From: Macrostomum hystrix
Lineage: Eukaryota > Animalia > Platyhelminthes
NCBI GenBank assembly: GCA_950097015.1
Contig: CATNEN010000007.1
Coordinates: 13,392,001 to 13,456,000, forward strand
DNA: 64,000 nucleotides
Direction of reading: 5' to 3'
In this document: in pieces, positions 50,601 through 61,756 of the stretch
Numbering within the stretch: position 1 is the first letter of the stretch
How the letters are laid out: the number at the start of each line of letters is the position of its first letter
Program-made: the position numbers and the translations under genes
Notes under the pieces: model-generated
The model's database searches: none
What the model was told of the DNA's origin: nothing
Seen by the model: only the letters and a program-made list of their open reading frames with translations

Positions 50601-52080
50601 GGCTCCGTCTTTTAAGTGCAGCCGTACAGGTGGCCCATTGCACTTACCGAGTCCGGGCTCAAAAACATCGGCGTACTGGTCAAGCAGGGCGCGGATTCTC
50701 GGGTGCTCGCCGTCCTTGGTCACCTGCTTGATGCTGCGCCAGTCCAGAGGCAGGTCAGCAAGCCAGTCGCGGCCGATCAGGTTCGAACCTGAGCCGTTGA
50801 CGACAAGCAGTGGAAGCTCCTTGGCCGCTCCAGCCGCCCGCACTTGGACGATGATTCTGCCGAGCAGCGGAACAGGCTCTCCTGAATACGTGCGCAGGTG
50901 GGCGTTGGCGGGCTCAAGCTTGGGCCGTCCTCGCAGCTCTGAGCGGAAGGTGTCCGACGAAATGAGTGAGACCGACGCGCCGGTGTCAATCTCCATGCGC
51001 ACCGGCGTGCCATCGATAAGCACCGTTGTCTCGATCGGCGGAATCTTCCCTCTCCGTCGTTCAGCCATTACGTGCAGTGAATGCGTCTCTTCCTCTTCCA
51101 GCTCGACCTCCCTGACGGCCTGATCGCCCCGACGATTTGTGGCAGCCGGCGACTTGCAGGCAGCAGCCGCGTGGCCCAGCTTCGAGCAATTGAAGCATTT
51201 TTTGTCAACGAAGGGGCACTTGGCAGCCGCGTGCCGCTGCGAGAGACACCGAAAACAGCGCTTAGCGACCGGCTGCTTGGCGATTTGGAAGGCCTCCTGG
51301 CTGGCCGAAGATTTGGTCACCATCAGGTTCCCTTCGGCTGCTGAAGCTTCGGCCTGGGCTCGAGACAGTGCGGTGTCGAGCGTAAGCTTCCGCTCTGACA
51401 GCAGCCTCCGCTGGATGTTGTCGTCGTTGATGCCAAGCACGAACCTGTCCCTGAGCATGCTGTCCAGGCTGCTGCCAAAGTTGCAGTCCCTGGCCAGTCT
51501 GCGAAGGTCGGCGAGGAAGTCAGCAATTGACTCGCCGGCACGGCGACTTCGGGTGTAGAAACGGAATCGCAGAACGATCTCGGGTGGCTCGGGGTCGAAG
51601 TGATTCTTCAGCGTTTCGCAGATGTCTGCATAGCTGCTTGCAGCCGGAGTACCAGGAGCTAGCAGGCTGGCTATTAGCTGGTAAGTCTTCTTGCCGCAGA
51701 CACTGAGGAGAACGGCGCGCTTTTTCTCATCTTTGATATCATTGGCCTCGAAAAACTGCTCCAGTCTTTCCTGGTACTGCTGCCATTTTTCTGTCCCCTC
51801 TTCAAAGGGTTCAATAGAGCCAACTAGGCTCATTTCTCGTCGCCACTGTAGAGACTTCACTTAAGATTGTAGAACGAACTCTACTACCAAACGCGATGAC
51901 ACAGCGACTTTTATATTTTATTTTATTTATAAAATCGATAGCAGACTCCACGCATGCACATTGGATAGAAGGTTTAAAAGCACGTACATCAACACACGTA
52001 CATTCCAAAATTGGATACGTGCCGGGCAGGTGCACAACACACCTGCCTTAGCCAGCCGCAAACAGAGCCACGTCACCACA
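47640..52080 (-). mobile_element. Intact full-length Gypsy/Ty3 LTR retrotransposon (Mag-like), in the innexin intron
   Basis: 234-bp LTRs at 47640-47873 and 51847-52080, identical by eye, TG...CA termini, TSD CTCTC. PBS TGGCGACGAG; PPT next to 47874. Confidence 0.97.
47973..51833 (-). CDS. Single gag-pol polyprotein (two zinc knuckles, protease, RT, RNase H, integrase)
   Basis: Uninterrupted ORF with CFNCSKLGH...C, IDTGAS, LPFG, FIDD, CDAS, DHKPL, HQGH...C..C and the HID/TDNG/ER DDE motifs. Confidence 0.96.
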   Translation of the reverse strand: MSLVGSIEPFEEGTEKWQQYQERLEQFFEANDIKDEKKRAVLLSVCGKKTYQLIASLLAPGTPAASSYADICETLKNHFDPEPPEIVLRFRFYTRSRRAGESIADFLADLRRLARDCNFGSSLDSMLRDRFVLGINDDNIQRRLLSERKLTLDTALSRAQAEASAAEGNLMVTKSSASQEAFQIAKQPVAKRCFRCLSQRHAAAKCPFVDKKCFNCSKLGHAAAACKSPAATNRRGDQAVREVELEEEETHSLHVMAERRRGKIPPIETTVLIDGTPVRMEIDTGASVSLISSDTFRSELRGRPKLEPANAHLRTYSGEPVPLLGRIIVQVRAAGAAKELPLLVVNGSGSNLIGRDWLADLPLDWRSIKQVTKDGEHPRIRALLDQYADVFEPGLGKCNGPPVRLHLKDGARPRFFKARTVPFALKAKVEAQLDKEIEQGVLVPVNSSDYASPIVPVLKSDGSVRICADFKQTVNINIEPDKYPLPRIDELFAKLAGGQKFTKLDLSQAYSQMPLDEAAQQLCTINTSKGLLRYTRLPFGVAPAVGIFQRYMDSLLQSIPHVACFIDDLIITGADDGSHLRSLELVLQRLQQSGLRCGLGKCNFMQESVCYLGHRIDAAGLHPLQDKVRAIVDAPPPRNVTQLRSFLGMVNYYGKFMPNLSAELASLHRLLDQGAEWRWGAPQDAAFNKCKKLLSKAPVLVHFDDSKPLVLECDASPYGIGAVISHRINGIDQPIAFASRSLHDAETRYSQLDKEALAIIFGVKRFHSYLYGRKFTLISDHKPLLGLLHEGKPIPAMASGRIQRWALLLSAYSYTMEHRSGRSLLRADALSRLPLPERPRDAPVPADVVLVMDMLDEGPVTAGDIRVWTRKDPVLSRALHFTECGCWPEQTSPELQPYRSRRDQLSVQDGCLLWGTRVVVPHAGRSALLQCLHQGHQGASRMKALARSFFWWPKLDEAIEQLASDCADCRELQKSPAPVPLHPWAWPDRPWSRLHIDFAGPVEGKMLLVVVDAHSKWMDVHVMTSTTSAATIQRLRESFCTHGLPDIIVTDNGRNLVSEEMEKFLQQNGIRHVRTAPYHPASNGQAERAVQTLKKSLAKQKSGSLEGRVARFLLTYRVTPHATTGAPPCELLMGRRLRSLLDRVRPDLPARVALQQAIQKQQHDANARDRHIEVGDAVVARDFAADGRWKPAVVTASSGAASFSCQFDDGRQAQRHIDQLRKPLSTAPAAAAQESEAEPVAEPAAAETQTSAAAAAVASDTADTGDPVPIRRSTRQRATPDRLSYF

Positions 52081-54427
52081 CTCTCCAATTAAGCTATGCG
52101 AGTATTGCCAAAAAATTACTTGCTTGAGTCGAAAACACGAAAAACGAAAACCGGGGGGCACGTCACATACTTTAATACATATAAATTGCCGTTTCATCTT
52201 ATTTTCAAGCCCTCTTGTAAAAAATATCTGCGTTAAATGATTAAATGATTACACGAGGAAAGCTAGATCATTCCTCGATTCGACAGCAGTACAGGAGCAA
52301 AATACTCGCTTAGATAACAGGCGTTTTTCTCTCAGCTTTCAATTTATTGCCGGATTCACCATGCGAAAACACACGATTTTGGTCCCTTTCTAGTTATCAG
52401 AGGAGGGTAAGAGACTTTTGTAGCTATTGAAAGCATGGCCGAAAAAACCTTGCGACTTCACCAGAAAGGAGAACGGGGGTGATGGAAAGACCCCGCGGGC
52501 AGAGAAGCAGATGTTCTGATGCGTGTAGGTGCTAGCTTGGGTTCCAGCCAGAAAGGTATATTTGCTTTCCTTCGCGAAGCACTGCCCACTGCCAACTCTC
52601 ATTTTTCATTCCCATTCGAACTTGTGCAAATCCAAGCTGCAAGATTTGCAACTGATGGATGGTCGACGATGATGCAGCCGAAAGCGGGCTCAGCTTTGTT
52701 AGCTTTTCTTTCTATCAGGCACCTTCTCGGTTCCTGACTGTTGAAATCGACTGAGTGACGTGATAGTCATTGCATCTACATATTTTAGTATGCTCGCATG
52801 GATTCTGAAAATTGACAACTTGCCCTAAACATTATTTATGCGTGAGTTTGAGAGTGCTATGTATTTTTTGAGTTTATAATAACTAGTATAGTATATCTTT
52901 TGTGAAAGGTCCAGGTGAACCCTGATTGATTATACATCAGGAAAGCGAAGTGGGAAACCTCAAAGGAATCTGCACGTTCGCTGATGCTGCACTGGAATGT
53001 ATTTCTGCTATCAGCTCTAGGAATCTGATACAGCAACCGGAGGATAGGAGAGATAAGCTGTAGTCTCTCGGGTTATCCAAATTGTGGAATATCCTTAGCG
53101 CATGCAGCCTTCTTGGACGGAGCGATTGGCGTTGAAGGGGTAGGAATCGAGCTGCACTCTAGGGCCGGACAAAGGCTGACGTGGTAGCCAAGGTTGAAGC
53201 CTTCATGAACAAGTGCATGCGATAATGCAACAGGTCCATCGAGTCACCATTGAGATCGAAGCAACTAGGGGTTTTATTTACTAGGTGCAGTGCAATCTAA
53301 TTGTCAGAAGCAGTGGCTGCTAGCTGAGCGGACATGATTAATATTCACTAAGGCGCCTCGCTATTCATCTTTCTGATAGCGAGGCAGAGGTAGAGGCAGG
53401 GTGTAGGCCCAATTAAGCACTTGCCAGTTGTGTCAGTCAACAAGCAACCCGCTGTGTAAGTTTGTGCCTCTGTCTAACTACAGGTGGGTCGGAGGCCTGA
53501 ATCAAAATGCTGCATTTTCTCTATGGAGGCTAGAAAGACTTGGAACGGCGATCTTTGAGGCTGGAATCCAGGAAATACGAACTTGTAGCTTGTAGTTTGT
53601 TCGTTTGCATATTTGAGGTTCCACATGGCTGGCAGTTGCCAATTCACTGCGACCTTCACAGCGACCACGAGAAAATTGAATGGGGCAGTAGAAATTACTT
53701 TGTGATGAATTTTAATATCCGAATATTTTAGCTGCGCCGAAATTTGCACCGATAAAATCCCCAATACTAAAATTCACAACTATCACAGCTATCGATTTTC
53801 TCAAAAACGGCTCAACCGATTTTCACCATCTTCCTCCATCCTCTCCACTATACTAAAAATAAAAATCTTGCTTGGTTGTAATTGATTTTCTCCCGAACGG
53901 CTCAACCGATTTTCACAATTTCTTTGCCAAAAGATGCCAAACATGGGGCAATTATACAAGTATTTTTATTAAGCTTAACTTTATTGCTAAGGGGATTAAA
54001 TTTTCGAAAAACAAGATTTTTTCAAAGGTCAAACCATCCTGGCCTATTGAGAATTTTATTGCTCACTGCCACTGAATTAGAATTGCATCGTCAACTTGCG
54101 CAACACCCCCTAGCTGACTGAGTTAGAAGCCCGCACAATCTGGACACAAATTTAAATTAAATGTACACAACCTAAGTGTACTCTATTTGTACAAAGCCAG
54201 AACTTTGAGAATTCATTTTATAAGGCAAATTTTTGCATCCACAATCCAACAGTCGGAGAAGTCGATGTGTAGGCACTAGGAATAGGTTAGGCTAGGCGAT
54301 GTGTCCTTGGTTCGACTCTTCACTGCGTCAAATATTTAAACTAATTGTCAGTCAGTAGTGATGGATGCAAAGCAAATTTTTTAAATTTAATTTTGAAAAT
54401 AAAGGGGAAACTTTAAATTCACTTTTG

Positions 54428-54940
54428 CATGGCAAAACCAGTGTTTGAATCATGGCTAAACCAGAGTTTGAATCATGGCTAAACCAGAGTTTGAATCATG
54501 GCTAAACCAGCGTCTGAATCATGGCAAAACCAGTGTTTGAATCATGGCTAAACCAGAGTTTGAATCATGGCTAAACCAGCGTCTGAATCATGGCAAAACC
54601 AGTGTTTGAATCATGGCTAAACCAGAGTTTAAATTATAGCCAACCAGAGTTTGAATCATGTCAAAACCAGAGTTTGAATCATGGCAAAATCAGAGTCTGA
54701 ATCATGGCGAAACCATGCAGAGTTTAAATCATAGCCAACCAGAGTTTGAATCATGGCAAAACCCGAGTTTGAATCATGGCAAAACCAGAGTTTGAATCAT
54801 AGCCCACCAGTGTTTCAATCATGGCAAAACCAGAGTTTGAATCATAGCCAACCAGAGTTTGAATCATAGCCAACCAGAGTTTGAATCATAGCCAACCAGA
54901 GTTTGAATCATGGCAAAACCAGGGTGTGAATCATGGCAAA
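54428..54940. repeat. 21-bp minisatellite (atcatggcaaaaccagagtttga and variants)
   Basis: Roughly two dozen visible tandem units of ~21-23 bp; abuts the truncated YR gene. Confidence 0.95.
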
Positions 54941-55743
54941 GTTTTGCTGAGCGACGCCGCACGCCGCGAGGCCTCGCTTGAGGAGACGGATGAAGGTTGC
55001 GGCAGCCAGCGGAACTCGCCTGCGGGCGCCCAGGATGGAAAACAAAGGTTGCTGAGGCTCGAAAATTTGGTTCTCGCGCAGATGAGCGGTCAGAGCGGCG
55101 GCTGGGCAGATTGTCGGAAAGTCCGAGCACCACGGAATGAAGACCCGCAGCTGGCGCTCCTTGAATTGGTTGGTTTTGGACCTCTCAATCGACAGGCATA
55201 GGCCGCCGGGGCAGGAAGTCAGCGCGCCGCGTCGCAGGCCGTGTGGCGACGGTAGCAGCTCACCCAGTCGGAGCACACCCCACCAGGCGACAAGTAGCGC
55301 TGCTTTGAAAACCGCCAGGAGACGCGGGGGCATTGAGCGCTGGAGCGTTGGGTTGCTGCAGAGCAGGCGGAGATGGCGAGGCTGTAGGGGTTCTGCCCTT
55401 CGCGGTGGCTTGGCCAGCAGTCGTCGGGCTCCACGGCAGACGAGCTCCAGTCGGGCGTTGTGCTTTGTAGGGTCTGGATAGTCCGAAGTCCTATGGGCGA
55501 ATGACACCGCGCTGAGGCTGGCTTGCACGCTTGAGTAGGAGGTGCGGCCTCGATCGATGAGGAACGCGACGAAGCGGCATGCGTCTGACTTCGATGCAGC
55601 AGTCGGGGGGACTCGCTGTTGACGACAGAAGTCACTCCACGATCGCAGGTGACACGCGTACGACTTCCGGGTGCTGGGCGCGAGTGACAGGCGGCACAGG
55701 GCGAGCACGGACACGGCAGGACGGTCGGGAGCGCGGCTGCGAC
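54935..55743 (-). pseudogene. Tyrosine recombinase, no ATG, truncated just before the HxxR box
   Basis: LAPSTRKSY..HLRSW, AWWGVLRLGEL, RSKTNQ and ICPAAAL; the frame runs into the minisatellite after GVAQQNFA. Confidence 0.88.
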
Positions 55744-57396
55744 CTGTGAGTGGAGGGCGGTGCGGGACGCGGCAGAAATTGCGTGGGAGACAAATTCATT
55801 GCGACAGACAGTGAGAGAGCCATATTGGCGGCAAAGGAAGTTAACGAGCTCCTGCTTAGAGCTGAGCATGCGAGAGGCGGGATCACTGATGAGCTGCATG
55901 CGACCGGGCAGGTGAAAAGCCTGCAGCTGGATGCCAGACTTGAGGCACATGAGGGCCACGGACTGATAGATCTGAATGAGCTGCGGATGCCTGCAGGTCA
56001 GCTTGTTGATCATGCCGACGGCCGCGGTGCTGTCCGAGTAGATCACCACCTGGCTGTTGTTGAGCTGGTCGCAGAGCCGCAGGATGGTGAGGAGCGGAGT
56101 CAGGGCCTCCTTATAGTTGATGTGGAGGTCCTTATACTTGGACTCGAAGTCGTGCTCCCAGCTAAAGAACACCCAGTCGTTGAGGCTGGAGCCGCTCACG
56201 ATGCCAGCGGCACCTTCGCTGCTGCTATCGGCCTCGATGGCCACCAGCTGGCGGAAGCGGGGGTGAATCGGAGTGGGTGGAAGCATGCTGACAGCTTGCA
56301 GCCACCATTGCAGCAGCTCGCGAGCTTCTTGAGGTAGCCGGAGGTCTCTGCCAACGCTAATGAGGTCGAAAAGCGGGCGCAAAAAGGGGCGCAGCAACTT
56401 GTTGATTTGGCCCAGCCAGCACAGCTTCCCGACCAGTCTCTCCAGCTGCTTGATCTTGACGGTAGAACGAGTGAGGCAGTCGTTCAGCAACACCCGAGTG
56501 TTCTCGGCCTTGTCCTGTGGGAGAGTCAGCGTGCCCTCTGTCGTGTCAATTTGGACGCCGAGGAACACCACTCGCTGCGCCGGCGCGGCAGATTTGCTCC
56601 AATTGATGGTGAAGCCTAGATCTTGCAGGAGGTTCACAAGGTAGGTGTAGGCGTGGTTGGCAGTTTCCTGCGAGTCGCCAGCCACCGCCCAGTAGTCCAG
56701 GTAGTTGATGGTGGCGGAGAAACCCTGCCTCAGCATGTGTCGCTGAATGACGGCAGAGAGGCGGTGGAAGATCTCGCACGAGGCCCGAGCACCGAAAGGC
56801 AGCCGGGTATCGATGAGCAGCGATGGGGCGCTGTCCGTGGCGAAGCGCCAGCTGAGGCCTGTCAACATCTGATCTTCCGGGTGGATGCCGACGGAACGGT
56901 AAGCCTGCTTGAGGTCCACCTTGCCGATGAAGGAGCCAGGCCGGACATGGCGCACCAGGTCCCGAACGGATGCAAACCTCAGGCCTCTTTTCTGCTCGTA
57001 GCCGTCGTTGACGGAAGAGCCCGAGGGGCTGGAGAGATCGTGAATGATCCGGACGCTTCCGTCAGGTTTTGGGATCGCGCCGATGGCGTTCACCATGACG
57101 AGGCCCTTAGCGAACTGCAGCCGACCCAGGCGGAGCTCGTCAGAGAGCTGCTTTTCCACCTGCAGGGCATTGTCGATAGCGGAGCGGTAGTTGGAGGAGT
57201 GCGTGATGACGGGAGGAGGCTTGTTGACCAGATGGAAACCGTTGTGCAGGCCGTCGCGAAGGAATTCTTCGTCCGGGTCGTTGTGCAGCAGCGCGTCCCA
57301 AGCGGTCAGGTTCATGTCGGAAGACATGGCGCGGCGCGACGGGGGGAGCGGGGCAGACGAGCAGGCAGTGGCGGGGGCGGGGGTGGCTGGGAGCAA
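55219..57396 (-). pseudogene. Ngaro RT/RNase H ORF with the catalytic YLDD changed to YLDY
   Basis: GAIPK.DG.VR.IHDLS, KVDLKQAYR, LPFGARAS, YLDY, and RNase H motifs EADSS, HINYKE, SDS and DPASR. Confidence 0.88.
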
Positions 57397-57449
57397 GCGA
57401 TGGGGCGAAGGAAACTGGGAATTAAAAGCAGGGTGGCTATAAAATAAAT

Positions 57450-58475
57450 CTAGTTTTTTGCTCCCTCCGCCGCATCGCCAGTCGGTCGGTGCTGATGGGC
57501 GGGGTGCGGCTTGCCACAGCCGGCGATTTTGCAGACGTGCCGGTACCTGCAGTTGGACCGCTGGCAGCCGGCCGGAGAGTTAAAGCTCAGGCAGATGGGT
57601 GGCGCCTGCTGGTGCGAGGTGCCTTGGCGATTCAGCGTAACCTTTAGGTTGCGAGGTGCGTTGAGGTGGCGATGGTAAAGCTGGGGAGGCTCACAGCCCC
57701 ATTGATGCGTGTCGGACTCCGCCATCAGCCTTCTGTAGTCCTCATCAAACTCCCACACTACGTTCGGGTTGTAGTTGGCGGCAAGGAGTTCGCCGATCTT
57801 CTTGGAGTATTGCAGATAGCCCTTTAAATGATTGGTATTCACGGATCCGTCATCGTTCAGGAAAATCAGCGAACCGTCGTCGATAAGGCGTAGGAGGATT
57901 TGCGAATTGCCGGATATCCACTGTCCAACTGAAATCTTGGACAGGCTTGGCGGTTGTTACTTGAAAACAAGGTTGCCGTCCTCGATGCAGGCAGATAAGC
58001 TGTCACCAGGTTGAGCTGGGTTGGCCTTGACGAAGTCGCGGATCAGGTAGGCTCGACAGCGCTTTTTGGCTTGCTGGCCCTCTTCAGCAAGTTCGCCCGG
58101 AGAGGAGCCCGCATGCCCATTAAAGAGAGGAACTCTTGGCTCACCTTGAAGTACGGAGGCGACTGGTTGGTTGAGTTCGCTCTGTAGTTGGGCGCGACGC
58201 CGCGTGTGCGCCTTGATCTCGAGCTCTTCCACCTCCTTCCGTAGAGCCGCCAGGTCGCCAGCCGCGCTCCCTGACGTCCCGTGCCCGCCTGACGATCGTC
58301 TGTCGGTGTGCTGTAGGTCGTCGAACGTCCCGTCGAAGCGGTCGATGTCATCCGCTGAGGCCCCAGACTGCACGTGTTGACGAAGTCGCTCGTACAGCTG
58401 CTGCTTGCCCCCGAATTTTGGAAGGCCGCGCTTGGCTAACTCAGTTCTAAGCTGTCTGGCCGTAAGTTTTTCCAT
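57450..58475 (-). pseudogene. Ngaro ORF1 (gag-like) with N-terminal SAP domain, coiled coil and C-terminal CCCH finger; one in-frame TAA at 57957-57959
   Basis: MEKLTARQLRTELAKRGLPKFGGKQQLYERL; LIRDFV; FDEDYRR....W; CLSFNSPAGCQRSNCRYRHVC. The two listed ORFs are in the same frame. Confidence 0.85.
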
Positions 58476-58829
58476 GCCACAGGCCAGCGTGATTGGGCCA
58501 CAATGATTCAGCAATTTTTTAGCGCACGCGTGCGGGGGCAGCGAGATTGAACGGCAGGACAGACAGAGGGGCGGCTTAAAAACCCCGCGCGCGCGCACAG
58601 GCGGAGGAAGGGGTGGGGGGTTAACACACTTTACCCAGAGAGCCCGCAGAGCAGGCCCTGAGTAAAGTACACATTAAATCGAGTTCTCTACATTTAGACT
58701 TTGTTATCTTATAACGTCATAATGATATATACTTGTATTTGTATGATAATAATTTTGTCTAATATTCATTTAATGTTGTTCTTCTCAATTTTCTACAAAT
58801 GCAGCTAATATAAAAATTCAACTGAGGAA

Positions 58830-59240
58830 CATTGTCAACTGGGGATCATAATCAATGGGGAGTCATCATCAAATGGGTATCATGGTCAACTGGGCGATAA
58901 TTGTCAACTGGGGATGGTCAACTGGGTGATCATCATCAAATGGGGGATCATTGTCAACTGGGTGATCATCATCAAATGGGGGATCATTGTCAACTGGGAG
59001 ATCATTGTCAACTGGGGGATAATTGTCAACTGGGGGATCATTGTCAACTGGGGGATCATTGTCAACTGGGTGATCATTGTCAATCGGGGATCATTGTCAA
59101 CTGGTGATCATCATCAATGGGGACTCATCATCAAATGGGGGGATCATGGTCAACTGGGGGATCATTGTCAACTGGGTGATCATCATCAAATGAAGGATCA
59201 TTGTCAACTGGGTGATCATTGTCAACTGGGGGATCATTGT
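58830..59240. repeat. ~18-bp minisatellite (gatcattgtcaactggg(g) / gatcatcatcaaatggg(g))
   Basis: Directly visible tandem array; it explains the spurious GDHCQL and WGIIVN ORFs. Confidence 0.95.
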
Positions 59241-60425
59241 GGCTTAAAAAAAGCTGAAAATACAGCAGCTAAAAAGCATAAACTGGACGAATTAAAAATA
59301 TTGTTAGTTTGAACTAAGCTTCATATAGGAACGAGCTGGCTTGTGAAGTCACAGCTGATGCAAGAAGAAACTGACGGACTGAGCTCGTTTTCTCTTCCGC
59401 TACATCAAGCTATGACAAATGCCTGGATTTCTCTATGAATCTCCCACTTCATGTTCGAGCATGTAGCTCATGGCAGCTTCTGATGCATCAGCCTATAGCT
59501 TTGAAATGAAGCGTAGAAATTAATCAGACTAGAAATAATATATCTACCTGCTAAGCTTCAGCGATACAAATGCATCTCTTCGCTTATGCTTGACCCAACA
59601 GCGAGGGATTACTTTCAGCAGAATCAACAGAATTCTAGGAACATCCATGTATTTGCTATGTCAAGCGCGATATACGAGTACTTGGCTCTGGCCGTACAAA
59701 TTGCATGTCGAAAACCTGCATTTATAAACCATGTTGCGCAAAGTGCCCCAGGGTCCCTTGTTCATTTCCTATTTAATAATGTAGCCTTTATGGCTTCTGA
59801 AAGTACCACTGAAATCCGGGTAGCAATAAGGTTAGGAAATTTTCTAGTATTTGGCAGGTCAAGACGGGAGCCGGAATTTTCTTGCATTGTAAAGCTGTCG
59901 AAGCTATCTGCTTTCGAGTCGCTTGACAGAACGGACAAACGCATTGTTGCCAAAATGCTTCAGGAGCAAGCACAGACAGACGGGCACCTCGATTAGACCT
60001 AGGAATTCTGAGGAATGTACGATGCCGCTTTATTGTTTCCAGAGGAAATGGCGAGTGCTAGTTGGAAGAAAATATTTCCAACTTTAGAACCTTCGCCAGC
60101 AGAACCTTAAAGGCACTGATTTTTTTACAGAACTTTATGCACTAACTAGTTGTTGCGCGACGACCATGCGACCATAATCCTCTGGGTACAAGTTAAAAGG
60201 GAAGTAATTTATCCAGTACAGAAATAAACAAAAAAATTAAAACAAATGAACGCAACGGAAGATGCAAAAGATTATAACCCAATCCAAAGCAATACCGTTC
60301 CTTTAAATAATATGGAACCACTCATTCCATACTTTGTAATGAACTCAACCTACCAGAGCGAAGGCAGGAAGAAGAACTGCATTGTTGCTTGCAAGTAAAA
60401 AGTTTTGTAGGACCGTGGGTTAAGT

Positions 60426-61756
60426 TGTAGAACATAACAAAACACGCCAGAAGCCCTCACTGGCTCACGCGAATATATTTAACGGCACAGTTGGGGTGGG
60501 TGCAACCACCCTATGCGAAAGCACGCTGCATCGCTAAACCCCACACCCCAAACAAGCCGCGCGTGCACATTTAAGTGCACGCGCACCAACAAGCCAGACT
60601 ACACTACTTTCCCCCTAGAAGCAAAAGACAGTCCCAAGTCAAGCAAAGTCCACCATGTACAAATCCGGTGGCTGCCGCTCTCCTGCCGATCGCCGCGGAA
60701 CAATGACCGGCTCGGCCGGTGCCGCCGGTGCCGCCGGCGGCTCCTCGTGTACCTCGTCTGCCTGCAGCTCGGGCCAGAAAACCACCGCGTCGCCGCCAGG
60801 ATTGGCCGCTTGCCCGGGCGGCTCTGCGGCGGTGCCGTCGTTGTCGGCGTCGGCGGCCGGCGGTCGACGGTCTGCAGCGGCTGGGAGCTCCAGTGACGCC
60901 CGCCGCTGCACGAAGCGCTTGAGGCGGTCGTGGTGCACCACCAGCCGGCGCCTGCGGCCAGTCTCGTCCTGGATGGGGTAATTGACCTCGCCCAGTCGCC
61001 TCAGGACTCGGTACGGCCCCTTCCACTTGGCGCTGAGGCACCGTGTCTGGCCGCGCTTGATGACAGAGTTGCGCAGCATCACTAGCTGGCCCTCTTCGAA
61101 CGGCACGAACCGAGAGTCCCGGTTGGCCAGCCGGTTGCGCTCGACCTGGGCGCTTCGCAGTCGGCCGTGCAACGTGTCGAAGACGCTCTGCAGGTTCTCC
61201 TGAGTCCGCCGCAAGAAGCCGTGATGTTCACCGTCGGCTGCCGGCCGGTCGCCGCTTATCAGCCTACTGTCGAGAGCCAGTCTCGGTGGCCAGCCGTGGA
61301 GGACCTGGTATGGGCTGAGGCCGCTGGTGCTGTGCACGGTGGTACTGTAGGCCCAGGTCACATACGGCAGCTTGCTGTCCCAGTCCTGCTGGTTCTCGGC
61401 CACCGTCTTCGCCAGCATGTCGCCGAGCGTCCGGTTTCCTCGCTCGACGATTCCGTTTCCGCTCGGATGAAACGGCGACGTGCGCGTCTTCTCGACGCCC
61501 AGCTGCTCGCAGAGCCGGCCGAACACCTCGCTCTCGATTGACGCCCCTGGTCACTGTGCAGCACCTGTGGAGCGCCGTGACGCAGAACTACCGACTTGAG
61601 CAGTGCATCTGCCACCGTCACCGCGTCGATCCCCGCCAGGGCTGCCGTCTCCATCCACTTGGAGAAGGCGTCGCACATGCTCAGGAAGTACGCCTTGCCA
61701 TCGGTCGTACGCGGAAGCGGCCCTTTGATGTCGATCTGCACCAGCTGCCACGGAGC
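60426..61756 (-). mobile_element. Gypsy 3' end (integrase with GPY/F motif, PPT, 178-bp 3' LTR)
   Basis: LTR TGTAG...CTACA at 60426-60603; PPT; QIDIKGPLP, HSDQGR, HPSGNG.VER and W.GPY; one frameshift at ~61535. Confidence 0.88.

Larger units (their letters stand above)
54935..58665 (-). mobile_element. Near-complete Ngaro-type YR retrotransposon, 3'-truncated and inactivated
   Basis: Gene order is gag (SAP + CCCH), then RT/RNase H, then overlapping YR. GC-rich 5' terminal region ~58480-58665. Confidence 0.92.

Noticed and set aside
48014-51558. Numerous antisense or overlapping ORFs within the Gypsy pol (and within the other GC-rich TEs)
   Set aside because: Expected shadow ORFs of GC-rich coding sequence, with no recognisable motifs.
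52085-54420. Second innexin exon
   Set aside because: No VT.CDF/CVL..N..NEK motif found; the region looks like non-autonomous repeat debris (e.g. duplicated aacggctcaaccgattttcac).
54428-54940. CRISPR-like array
   Set aside because: Head-to-tail units without unique spacers, no cas genes and a eukaryotic context; the same applies to 6852-7215 and 58830-59240.
57957-57959. Programmed stop-codon readthrough in Ngaro ORF1
   Set aside because: The same copy also has YLDD changed to YLDY and a truncated YR, so a nonsense mutation is more parsimonious.
58901-59312. Repeat-protein ORFs (GDHCQL / WGIIVN)
   Set aside because: Translations of a minisatellite with unit length near a multiple of 3; no splice or other coding evidence.
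59586-59996. 136-aa ORF as a gene
   Set aside because: No recognisable domain or exon structure; may be a transposon relic but cannot be supported.
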